63,954 nt of DNA, filler included, from Octopus bimaculoides (GCF_001194135.2; 8 parts of 8 records of this genome joined end to end with filler, not necessarily neighbours in it); one strand, 5' to 3'. Counted from the whole stretch's first letter, positions 39,415 to 50,864 are shown. A program made the numbers and translations. The notes: generated by a model from the sequence alone, not told the origin.

Positions 39415-39574
39415 CAAGAACACGATAGCCACTGCGGACATTTCACCATAAAATAGTAAACCCGATTTCTGAATACGCAAACCACAGCACATGGTAAATC
39501 GACGCCACACTACACTTTTCAGGGTAATCTCTACATTACTCTACCAGCACTTCCGCGTCAAATAAGAAAGTCAC

Positions 39575-40354
39575 TTGTCACGCCTGTTCTTTGTCATAAT
39601 CATGAATAACACTTCCATACCAGCTTACTCCGGCGACGCTAAGCTATGGTTTGCACAGCTTGATTGTTATTTCACAGCACATGGTATACAAGCCGCTCAA
39701 CAAAAGCTACACGTGCTTATTAGTGGCATTCCTGCCATATTAGCAGACACCGTTAAAGATATCATCACAGATCTTCCACAAAACATGGTCTACGATTCTC
39801 TGAGAACAGAAATACTACGCAGAAATTCTAAATCAGCAGAAAGCCGTTTCCATGCATTGTTACAGGGTGAGAACTTGGGTGACAGAACTCCTTCAGAATT
39901 TCTTAGGCGGATCAGAGAACTCAGTGACAATACACCTGCAGACAGCTTCTTCATAAAGAAATTAGTTTTTTCCTGCTTACCAACTAATGTACAGACAATA
40001 TTGGCGAATATGGTTGACACCAACACTATAGCTCAAATCGCTTCGTCTGCAGATAGGATAAGGGAATTTTCTCAAAGACCCATCGCGGCTGATTCGGTTA
40101 TTGTTTCATCGTCTTCTCGACAACAGCCTGATAATGAAAATGGAGACACCACGTTGAAGGCTATCGATGGTTCAACGCGCCAAATAGCTCAATTCTGTCG
40201 TGTTAGACGGCGTTCGCGAAGCCGTTCTTTCTTTTCTAAACGACGTAACACCTTTTCAACCCACAATTCTTCGGTGTGCTGGTACCACGCACATTTTCAC
40301 GACAAGGCACGTCATTGTAACACGCCTTGTGCCTTTAAAGTGTCGGAAAACTGA
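39575..40354 (+). CDS. Gypsy gag
   Basis: Open ORF: KLWFAQLDCYF, LLQGENLGDRTPSEFLRRIREL, CWYHAHFHDKARHCNTPC. Confidence 0.9.
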   Translation: MSRLFFVIIMNNTSIPAYSGDAKLWFAQLDCYFTAHGIQAAQQKLHVLISGIPAILADTVKDIITDLPQNMVYDSLRTEILRRNSKSAESRFHALLQGENLGDRTPSEFLRRIRELSDNTPADSFFIKKLVFSCLPTNVQTILANMVDTNTIAQIASSADRIREFSQRPIAADSVIVSSSSRQQPDNENGDTTLKAIDGSTRQIAQFCRVRRRSRSRSFFSKRRNTFSTHNSSVCWYHAHFHDKARHCNTPCAFKVSEN

Positions 40355-40379
40355 ACCTAGAGAGCCTGGGCACGTTAGA

Positions 40380-43300
40380 CCTCTCTCACAACTTTTCAGC
40401 TAATCGTGCTTTCTTCATTAGGAACCTTGTCTCAAACATGTCGTTCATGGTCGATACGGGATCAAGTTGCAGTATTTTACCATTACGGTTCAGCTCTAAC
40501 AAGCCACAGTTATCCAGTATTTCCTTATATGCGGTGAACCAGTCTCTCATTAAAACCTTCGGTCAAATATCTTTAACTCTAGACCTTGCCTTGCGTCGAG
40601 ATTTTAAATGGATTTTTAACCTACCGCATTCTATCCTCGAGGCAGACTTCTTACACCACTATTCACTCTTCGTAGATGTCAGGAAACAGAAACTTGTGGA
40701 CACTACCACATCTTTTATTATGCCTGCATGTGAATCTACGGCTGCTATCCTCAGCCCATCATTTTTTGTAGCTGCTGCCAGTAACCAGTTACATACTTTT
40801 CTTGCTTTGTTTCCCGAGTAAACGGATCTATCATTTAAGCCTACTCAGACAGTCCACTCGACTCAACATTTTATTACAACGATTGGTCCACCCGTTTTCT
40901 CTCGTCCACGTAGGCTAGCGCCAGACAGGCTCAAGAAAGCCCGCACTGAATTCGTAAAAAAGGTTCAAGCTTGGTCTTATATGTCCTCCTACTAGCCCTT
41001 GGGTATCTCCGCTACACTTAGCTCGGAAGGGTGAAGCATATTTTAGACCCGTTGGTGATTACAAGAGACTTAATGCTATCACCACGCCCTATCGTTATCC
41101 CCTACCCAACTTAAAGGATTTTTCCTATGTTCTCCATGGTTGCACTATATTTTTCAAAGAAGATCTGGTACGTGCGTACCACCAAATCCCGATGAACCCG
41201 GAAGATATACCTAAAACTGCCGTAACTACTCTGTTTGGTTCATTCGAATTCCTATCTATGCCTTTTGGTCTGAGAAATGCTTTCAGTACATTCCAGCCTT
41301 TCCTCAACGAAGTCGTACGCGGATTGAATTTTGTTTTTGCTTATGTAGATGGCCTCCTAGTAGCCAGCGACAGAGTTGAACATCATTATCAACATCTATC
41401 TCAGTTGTTTCAACGTCTGCGAGCGTATCATGTAAAGATCAATTCAGCTAAATGTGTATTCGGTACAACTTCATTGGAATTCCTCAGACATCTTATATAC
41501 GCAGAGAGAATTCGACCCCTCCCATCTAAAGTGGATGCTATTCAGAAAATCGCACCCCTTACTTCATTGAGACAAGTATGTCACTTTTGGGGGTTAAATT
41601 TTTACAGAACTTTCATCCCGAACTGCGCGGACAAGTTGTTTCCCCTGACACTTTTGAAATCCACAAAGAAGAAAAACGCATCTATTTCCCTTTCGGTTGA
41701 CGCCTTGCAAGCTTTCGACTCCGTCAAGTTTGAATTTGCTAAAGTTTCCTTTCTCGCTCATCCTACTGCAAACGCGAAACTATCCCTAACAATAGGCATG
41801 TTCACGATCGCTGTCGGCGCCGTTTTAGAACACATCATCAACCAGAAATCTCAACCACTTGCTTTTTTCTCACGTCAACTCAAGCCAGCAGAACAGCGTT
41901 ACAGTACTTTTGACAGAGAGCTCTTAGCAGCTTATCTTGCTGTGAGACACTTCCACCATCTTCTAGAAGGTCGGGAGTTCACGGTATTCTCAGATCATAA
42001 ACCTCTTACATTCGCTCTTCAATCCAAGTCCGATAAATACTTGCGGAGGACATACAGAAACTTGGATTTCATCTCGCAATATACCAGCGACATTCGTCAT
42101 ATAGCCGGATCTGCAAAACATACCTGTGTGTTCACTTTCGTCTCCTGCACACATTGGTTTGGTTGCTATTGCTACAAACCAACCTCCTTTGGACACTTCC
42201 TCCAACCAATATTCCTGTTGCAGATTTGAATACTTACCCATTCAGTCTGCTGAAGGATGGATCCTTTGTGACATCTCTACCGGCTCATCTAGACCGCTTG
42301 TTCCACATCGTCATTTGCGTACCGTTTACGATGCTCTTCATTCGTTGTCGCATCCTGACATAGCCGCCACGGTAAAGCTCATTACAGCCCGTTTCTTCTG
42401 GCCTAACATGCGTCGTATAATCACCAGTTGGACACGTTCTTGTTTGCAGTATCAACACACCAGGGTCCATCGACATGTTCATGCTCCTCTCGGAAAATTC
42501 AGCCCACAAGACGCTCGTTTCCGTCATGTCCACATCGACATTGTTGGACCCTGGCCCGTTAGTCGCGGTTTCAGGTACATCTTGACTTGCATCGATCGTT
42601 TCTCTCGATGGCCTGAAGCCATACCTCTGATTGACATTACAGTGAATCTGCCGCCCAAGCGTTCATTTCCAATTGGGTGGCGCGCTTTGGTGTCCCATCT
42701 AAAATAACAACTGATAGGAGATGCCAGTTCGAAGCTTCTTTATTCCGTGAAATATCACGACTCTTGGGTGCTCATCGAATTCATACAAGTTATCACCCAG
42801 CTTCCAATGGAATGATAGAACGATTCCACAGACAGTTAAAAGCTGCACAATGCGCTACTCCTAACCCGCAACGTTAGACCGAATTCCTGCCAATTGTTCT
42901 TCTTGGTTGCCTCCGCTGTTAAGACAGATTTAGGTTTCTCCTCAGCCGAACTTCTTTACGGCACCACCTTGACGCTTCCCTGTCAAATGTTCACACCAGT
43001 TGATTCACCAGATTCTGATACGTCATCATGCGTCAACAGATTTCGTTCTTATTTCTCCAATCTTCCACTAATGTCTCCACGGGACCAATCAATATCTTCT
43101 GCTGTCCCATCAGACATCTCTGAGTAGACACATGTTTTTATTCGGAACGATTCTGTTAAAGGACCTCTTACATCACCTTATTCTGGACCTTACGTGTATT
43201 GTCGCACTCACTAAAAAACTTCATAGTCGACATTAATGGTCGAAAAGAAACAATATCCATTGACAGAATAAGAAAAGCTTTCTCAGAAAATCTCCTTCAA

Positions 43301-43444
43301 GAACCTGGCATACTACGTACATTCACTCCTACACCAACACCACCACATGCACCCCAAACACAACATACCTTTAAACCGTATATCAAAAGAAGTGGTAGAA
43401 CAGTACATTGGCCACAAAAATTATCCAGAACTATGTATATTTAA
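40380..43444 (+). pseudogene. Gypsy pol (PR-RT-RH-IN), frameshifted
   Basis: FMVDTGSSCS, AYHQIPMNPEDIPKTAVTT, YVDG (YxDD mutated), RYSTFDRELLAAY, SDHKPL, HSLSHP, HVHIDIVGP, IDRFSRWPEA, NGMIERFHRQLK. Confidence 0.95.
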
Positions 43445-43757
43445 CTTAGTGTTATAAAACAAACTGTTTTCTATTTCTTTCACAAAAGAACGTTTATTCA
43501 CAAACATTTTTCCCATGCATGTTTCAAATTGCATTTTCATTTTGCCATGTTTGATGTGCATAACAGTGTAGCTAAAGGTTTACTGCGCCAAACTCTGCAA
43601 TCATATTCAGTATCTATCATGATGCATGTATTGATTTTTTTCCTGTTTTACTACTTGTTTTGCAAGCACATGTTTCTGCAACCTCGTTTTGCTTCGTATC
43701 TGCCCTGGATCACTACAATGATTTTGCTTATCGACTGCTCGCCTGAGGAGGGAGTTA

Positions 43758-43948
43758 TGTAGTGAACCCTGGCGGTCAAGCAGGAAAGCGAAACGAAAAA
43801 GGGATTTAACGAGAGTAATCTTCCTCGACCTTCTAGAAAGTTCTCGAACATCCTCGAAGCTTCCGGTTGATGTGGAAGTCAGGGACTTCTGGTTCATCAC
43901 TTATATAAAAGAACACATTTTTTAATTCGCGCCTTTCATAGCCAGTCT
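43758..43948 (+). repeat. Gypsy C 3' LTR, left part with TATA box (43902-43909)
   Basis: Directly follows PPT GAGGAGGGAG(TTA); 87% ungapped identity to 31757-31932. Confidence 0.85.
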
Positions 43949-45535
43949 GTTCTCAGTTGATTTTTGCATCGTAATTCTCAGTTGATTTTTGTATCGTGAT
44001 GGATAAGTTGTCCTTTGTTTACCATTGGTTGGTGATTGTTTGACTTGCATTATTTCATTGTTCTGTTTTCTCCCCCAGCAGGGGCGAAAATTACAGTAAG
44101 TATGGAGGAATTGCAAGTGCATGCCGGGAGCTACGCTTCAGTTGAGGCAGAGGTAATATTCAACCTGCCGATTGAACCATTTTTAGATGAGAAGGAGGAG
44201 GAGGGGATAGTCCCAGTGGTACTGAGGACTATCCCACTCGGAAAAACGAAATGAGCAAGGTAAGCTCTGAATTTTTCCTCCTTCTTTTCTTTGATATGAC
44301 ATGGCTGCACTATGTATCGATTGTTTGAATGTGCGTTGCTTGGGGTCGAAGAGGAAGCAGGCTTGTTTCCTCGACGACCTCAGTACACACGGAATCGATG
44401 TCATGGTTGCTACAGAGACCAAATTGGACAGGCTTTCTCCTCTCTCCTGAACGGCTATGAGAAAATCATGTCTCCTTGTCGGATGGAGAGGGAGGAGGGG
44501 TTGTAGTTTTGCTCAGGAAAAACGTGGCTCTGCAGACTCATACAATCTCCGTGGATCCAGAAGGCGATTTGGTTGTTCTGGATCTGACATAGAGTGGTAA
44601 GGCCTTCAGGTAGTTGGCATTAACGCACCTAACGCAACAGGCAAATGGAATGGGATCTATCAACGTCTGGAGAATTTCCTGGTGACGTCGAAGACACTAG
44701 TTGTGTTAGGTAACTTTAAAGTTATTCTCTATGCATGCGTGGATAGCGTTGGCTCGAACGATAGGAAATGTGACTCACGCCTCGTCGATCTGCTGAAGCG
44801 ATTTAGGCTAGCAGATCAATTCAGACTTGATAATCCGTGCGTGTCAATGTGGACTTGGAACAATCACGACACATCAATCAGGTCTTATATAGATAGGATA
44901 ATAGTTAATACTAGTCTAGTGTTAGTTGTCCATAATTTACCTATGTACCCTACACGAATCACAAACTAGTGATGTGTAGGTTGCAAATAGATAAGGTTCA
45001 TCGACAGGGATCTGGTTATTGGAAGTTGAACAAGTCCCTATTGGATTGCAAAACTTGCCGTAGCCAGATTAATGTGTTAGTGATGAGGGCACTAACCGGC
45101 ACTGTGTTAAATAACCGTGGTGGAGTGTCCTCAAAAGAGCCATTCGAATTGAGTCAACTATATTCAGCAAGCAGCTAAGTTTAGAGCAGACAAGAGTAGA
45201 AAGGGAACTAGTTAAGGCGTTAGAAGGCGCTGAGAGTGGGTTCTGCACCCTAAGTTTTGGCGGCGAGATCGGCCTTGGACCGACACCTCAATGCCAAACA
45301 CGAGGGTATCGTCATTGCCGGGTGGGTTTGCTCGGTAGAAACCCAATGTGGCGTGGATGCTACGATTAGGTCTGTGGTTAACGACAGGAGATCAAAGGCC
45401 AGGAGGAGATGTGCAAGGCCTTTCACGATCTGTTTGCTACGTTGTTCGGGACCTTGGGGATGCCCTACGAGATTTCCTGTCGGGCGGCCAGCGGCCCGTG
45501 TCTTTTAGTGCGCGACGCTGAGCGCTGTGAAGGGC
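43949..45535 (+). mobile_element. Tx1/L1-clade LINE copy 2 (different 5' UTR, mini-ORF1, ORF2 running into a gap)
   Basis: From about 44155 onward homologous to copy 1 (ORF1 C-terminus, spacer, APE domain), roughly 85% by eye; 3' end lost in gap 45536-45635. Confidence 0.9.
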
Positions 45536-45635
45536 NNNNNNNNNNNNNNNNNNNNNNNNNNNNNNNNNNNNNNNNNNNNTTAATTAATTAANNNNNNNNN
45601 NNNNNNNNNNNNNNNNNNNNNNNNNNNNNNNNNNN

Positions 45636-45930
45636 CTTGAAGGGTTTTAGTTGAACAAATCAATTCCAGTATATCTTTTATCTTTTACTTGTTTCAGTCA
45701 TTGAACTGTGGCCATGCTAGGGCACCACCTTGAAGGGCTTTAGTTGAACAAATCAATCCCAGTATATCTTTTATCTTTTACTTATTTCAGTCATTAGACT
45801 AAGGTCATGCTGGGGCACCACCTTGAAGGGCTTTAGTTGAACAAATCAATCCCAGTATATCTTTTATCTTTTACTTGTTTCTGGCATTGGACTATGGCCA
45901 TGCTGGGGCACCAACTTGAAGGGTTTTAGT
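45636..45930 (-). repeat. 93-bp tandem repeat (about 3.2 units) of SINE family 1 tail
   Basis: CTTGAAGGG starts at about 45636, 45729, 45822 and 45915; the unit is the reverse complement of the SINE 3' terminus. Confidence 0.9.
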
Positions 45931-46107
45931 TGAACAAACCACCCCAAATGCTTCCTTTTTACTGTCTGGTAGTTATTTTATTGGTCTCTTATGCTGAACT
46001 GCTAAGTTATAGTTACATAAACAAATCAATGCTGGTTATCAAATGCACACACGCACACACACACACACATGCATGCATGCACACACACACACACACATGC
46101 ATGCACG

Positions 46108-46143
<36 letters not shown>

Positions 46144-46509
46144 TATAAATAAATCGTTTTTGTGTCACTCATTGAACTGCAGCCTTGTTAGGTCACCACC
46201 TTGGAGTGTTGAACAAATTGTTTTCTCAGCCTCTTCTGCTGAACCACTAAGTTACAGGGACATTAACCATTTAAACCAACCATAACTGACATAAATATGC
46301 TACCTATTTTATGTTTTAGCCAGCAAGATCCAGCCTATTACATCTACCCTTCAAAATATACAATCACCTCATCATAATTTCGAAGCTACAAAATAATGCA
46401 CGATTAATTTTTTAAAATGTGAACGTAAAAGTATTACATTTGACAGAATAATTTGAATGCTAAAGGGTTAAACAAACCAATAATGGTTTTCAAATGGTGG
46501 TGGGGGACA

Positions 46510-46557
<48 letters not shown>

Positions 46558-46559
46558 TT

Positions 46560-47060
46560 TCCCTCCTCTCTGTTAAGAGATACAAGCACTTCCACACACA
46601 ACAAAAACTTCCACTTATCAAATCCAATCACAAGGCTGTGGTTGGCCTGGGGATATCATAGAAAATACTTGTCCAAGCTGTATCCATTTTGTTTGCTCCA
46701 AGTCTGTTTTCTCAAAGTTGCTGTGAGTTCTCTTGACCATTGAGAGGTTACTCTTCAGCTTGTCCTTATATTTGAGCCATGGTTGACCAACATTCCTGCA
46801 TCCACTACCAAGCTGGTTGTACATGGGGACTTTGGGTATTCTTTTATCACTTATTCTGAAGACATGGTCAGCCAAGCACAATTGTGACTGCATAAGGAAG
46901 CTCTTGATTCCGACAATCTTACAATTGCTAAATAGGTCAGTATTAGACACAGTCTTTTAGTAATAACCTCAGATTGTCCTGAGACAGCCTTTGTGGAAGA
47001 CATCAAGTTGGTTAATGTGTCACCTACAAGTTGTCTATGATTCTGAGCCATACAAGAGAG
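46560..47060 (-). mobile_element. RTE/BovB-like LINE 3' fragment
   Basis: SQLCLADHVFRISDKRIPKVPMYNQLGSGCRNVGQPWLKYKDKLKSNL resembles the RTE C-terminus. Confidence 0.75.
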
Positions 47061-47285
47061 TAGTATGAATGGCAGCTTTACAAACCTGTACTTTGGTGTC
47101 AAGTTTAATGCCCCCTTTCACACAGAAACACACATATGACAGGATTCTTTCAGTTTTTGTCAATTTCATTATCACACAAGACTATGGTTGGTCCAGGACT
47201 GTAGTAAAAGTGTTGTGCAGTGTAACTGAACCAGATATCATGTGGTTAGGAAACAAACTTCATAACCACTCTGCCAAACCCGCAC

Positions 47286-47341
<56 letters not shown>

Positions 47342-47649
47342 GAATAAATAGACAAACAGACATATACTTCAAACAACTCCTGCAGTCAAACCGGTATAAA
47401 AAAACTCAGCATTGCATTGATTTGGACAACACAAGCAGGGCCAGGATTCCAAAGTCTGTAGGGCCAGGATTCCAATGTCTGTAGGGCCAGGACTCCAATG
47501 TCTGTATTACAGATATCCATACACAACAGGTCACAACAAGACCGAACAGAAATACAAAACTGAATTTGCCTTCCAAGACAGACATTCATTCATTTGTGCC
47601 AACATTGATTAGCTTTTTAACACCTTTACTAAATTATTTAAAATAAATA

Positions 47650-47940
47650 TCAAATCATTGTAATCACCCAGCCACAAGGTTCTGGGTTCAGTCTCACTGT
47701 ATAGCACTTTTGTACAAGAGTATTCTTTTATAGACCCTAGGCCAACCAACGTTTTGTGAGTGGATTTGGTAGGCAGAAACTGAAAGAAGCCCACCATGTA
47801 TGTATATGTGTCTATGTCTCTGTTTGTCCCACATCACTGTTTGACAACCAGTGTTGGTTTGATTACATACCTGCAACTTAACAGTTCAGCAAAGGATATT
47901 GATAGAATAAGTAGTAAGCTTTAAGAATATAAATACTGGG
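47650..47940 (+). mobile_element. SINE family 1, degenerate
   Basis: Head GGTTCAGTCTCACTG, middle GAAACTGAAAGAAGCCC, 3' body. Confidence 0.75.
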
Positions 47941-48167
47941 TCAATGCTCTAAGATGGCCCAAATTTCCAATAACTGTAACCAGCAACAGAATAAGGGATT
48001 AAAAGAATAAAGGATATTTACCAAGTATTCCAGAACCTTCTTTACTTCCTTCCGATTTCTTCATATGTGGCAAAATCTGAATAAGATTTATATAATAATA
48101 AAAGTACAGAGCTTCACTTATATGGTAAACAGTTATGTATAGTGATACAACGAATGGTACACCAAGC

Positions 48168-48198
<31 letters not shown>

Positions 48199-48550
48199 TA
48201 TAATCAAACAATAAGCAACACGGATTTCAAAAGTGATTGCAGTACGCACGTTTCATGCTACTTCAATTTATTTAAGTAATGTGAGCATTACCTTAAATGC
48301 AATATGAAGAGCAATCTTCAGCTGCACGAAAAATGTAGAAAATGTAGAAAAAAGACATATTATAAATGTGGCAACATATTAAATCCAAGTGGGAGAGAGC
48401 ATATATAAAATCCAAATGTGAGGAAGAATATATAAGTCCATCTTGACATANNNNNNNNNNNNNNNNNNNNNNNNNNNNNNNNNNNNNNNNNNNNTTAATT
48501 AATTAANNNNNNNNNNNNNNNNNNNNNNNNNNNNNNNNNNNNNNNNNNNN

Positions 48551-48853
48551 ACTACCTACTCCTTTTCTACATACTGAGCAGGGCCATCTACCTGAAGGGG
48601 TTTGTGTTTTATCTACCTTCCTACTTATTAGGATTTTGGTTTTAGCTGGGTTGACTCTAAGGCCCTTCAATTCTAGACCTTGCTTCCACACCTGAAACTT
48701 CTCCTCTAGTTCTGATAGTGACTCAGCAATTAGGGCAAGGTCATCAGCATAGAGGAGCTCCCAGGGGCAACCTGTCTTGAACTCCTCTGTGATTGCCTGG
48801 AGGACTATGATAAATAAGAGGGGGCTGAGGACGGAACCTTGGTGGACCCCTAC
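48551..48853 (-). mobile_element. Young RTE LINE fragment
   Basis: VHQGSVLSPLLF...YADDL...CSVCRKGVGS; 4 mismatches in about 303 bp to the + copy at 52537-52839. Confidence 0.95.
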
Positions 48854-49612
48854 ATATATATGTGTGTGTGTGTGTGTGTGTTTTTGTATATAAAATTACT
48901 TCTGTTCATCAATTCTCATATATTTTGAATGGAATCTTTGAACCTTTAGTAAAAATATTCAATGATGCAGCTATAGATGTATTGATTTTTTAGTAGTAGC
49001 TAATCTAATATCAATATGCAAATTGGCTCATCCTGTGTTAATTAAAATTCATGTTATACATAGTTAAAAGCTATGTCGACAAATTTAATGTTTTAAGGGA
49101 AATTGGAGAACATTAAAAACTGCGTCATAAAATAATTCAATAATTATGCTATGCTTTCATGTATTTGATTCATTACACAACACATACACACATACATGCA
49201 TAGATAAATACATACATACACATATATATATGCACACACACACATGCATAAATACACATACATATACATAATGTCTTTTAAATGTATGTAGGTGGTAGTC
49301 ATGAGATCAGATGAAGCATCTTGTAATATCTGTTCTAGTCCTTTTTGTTGAGTTCAAATCCCTCTCCAGTGAACTTTCAAGAGACCACAGTTAAAAAATC
49401 TCAAATAAATTATGTCAGTGATACTTGAATTTTGTTGGTGAATGAGAGTATAAATTCCAAGAACCATAGTATTCCTGCTATTCTTAGCTTTGAATGATAT
49501 TGTATCAGGCACAAGTCAGCAGAAGATCTTTTGAATTAATTTGTAAATCTGAATGAAATTATTTACATTTATATATATATTGTGCCATATTGTCTCTTTT
49601 ATTCATTTGTAG

Positions 49613-49688
49613 GAGGAGCGTGCGCGCGGTGAACATAATTTATCTAATATTTCTAAAACTCATGAAAGAATGCAGCAGGAACAGCGGA
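49613..49688 (+). CDS. SGF29: SAGA-associated factor 29 exon (EERARGEHNLSNISKTHERMQQEQR)
   Basis: TTTGTAG acceptor, A|GTAAG donor, 76 nt; closely matches remembered human SGF29 EERSRSEHNLVNIQKTHERMQTENK. Confidence 0.95.
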
Positions 49689-49864
49689 GTAAGATTTGTT
49701 ATATATTCTTTGCTTGTATAATCAAAACATTTAACATTTTACAAGTTATAAACTTCACTTGAAATCATTTAATTATTCAATCTGAAATGACTTAATGCTC
49801 TTGATTAGATTTCCTTCCTATGACACTAAGAGTCAAGTAACTATAGCTTTCTCTTTCTTTGCAG

Positions 49865-49915
49865 ACAATCCAGTCACAACAAAAGGAGAAGCAAAAGCAG
49901 CATTAGCTATTTCAT
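49865..49915 (+). CDS. SGF29: SGF29 extra 51-nt in-frame exon (NNPVTTKGEAKAALAISF when included)
   Basis: CTTTCTCTTTCTTTGCAG acceptor, T|GTAAGT donor, phase 1-1, open in the SGF29 frame. Confidence 0.7.
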
Positions 49916-50404
49916 GTAAGTATTTGTTTTTTTTTACTCTTTGAATACATTAGCTATTTCATGGAAGTGTCAGTTCTTCTTACTAACTATATACATTAGC
50001 TATTTCATGTAAGCTTTAGTTCTTACACTAAATGAATGCTTCAGTCAGCTGTTTCCTTTTTTCAACCCTTTTGCTATCAGTTCACCTGCGATCACTTCAT
50101 TTTCTTTGATACACCTGTTTTAAAATGTTTATATTTAAATTCTTCTTCAAGTTATCATGAGTGAAACACATCGCACAATGCTGTGCCAGAAACTTTTGTC
50201 CTTCATCAGCTTTGGTAGATCCTCAATTTCATGTTGTGTGTTCCTGTCATAACATCAATGTTGAGTGGTCTTTGTCTTCTATTTGGGTGCATATCATAAC
50301 ATATGATATGACCTGTTATTTAGCATGATGCTAGTGGCCAGCAAAGTCTATTCTGTGTTGAGCAATAATAGTTGAGATTTAAATTTAAAACTGTCCATTA
50401 TAAT

Positions 50405-50650
50405 TTTCATCATCATCATCATTTAACGTCTGTTTTCCATGTTGGCTTGGGTTATACAGTTTGACTGGAGCTGGTCAGCTGAAGAGCTACTTGGGCTCCA
50501 TATCTGTTTTGGTATGATTTCTACAGCTGGATGCCCTTCCTAATGCCAACCACTTTGCAGAGTTTATTGGGTACTTTTATGCTGCACCAGTACTGGTGCT
50601 TTTATGTGACACCAGTACAAGTGCTTTTTTGTGACACCGGCACCCATGAA
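50405..50650 (-). mobile_element. RTE-tailed SINE (family 5)
   Basis: Reverse complement ends AACCCAAGCCAACATGGAAAACAGACGTTAAATGATGATG. Confidence 0.8.
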
Positions 50651-50864
50651 CCCACAAGATTAGGAATGCTCAGCTGAAGAGAGATATAGTGGACATACCT
50701 ATATGCAAGGACAACCATGCTTTTACTTCACTTAGCACAGCAAACCTCCAGGAGTTTTGGAGGTTTGCTGTGCTTTCATATACTTGATTCATTGCACAAC
50801 ACATACACACACACATACATACATACATGTCTGAAGATCCTTTATCATCATTTCATCCAGAACG

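Larger units (their letters stand above)
31757..43948 (+). mobile_element. Gypsy LTR retrotransposon C with both LTRs interrupted by Tx1-like LINEs
   Basis: 5' LTR = 31757-31947 + 39100-39396; tRNA-Trp-type PBS at 39400; gag-pol 39575-43444; PPT 43745-43754; 3' LTR starts at 43758. Confidence 0.85.

Noticed and set aside
48009-48066. Possible - strand exon ILPHMKKSEGSKEGSGIL
   Set aside because: Isolated, no partner exons, antisense within SGF29 intronic space.
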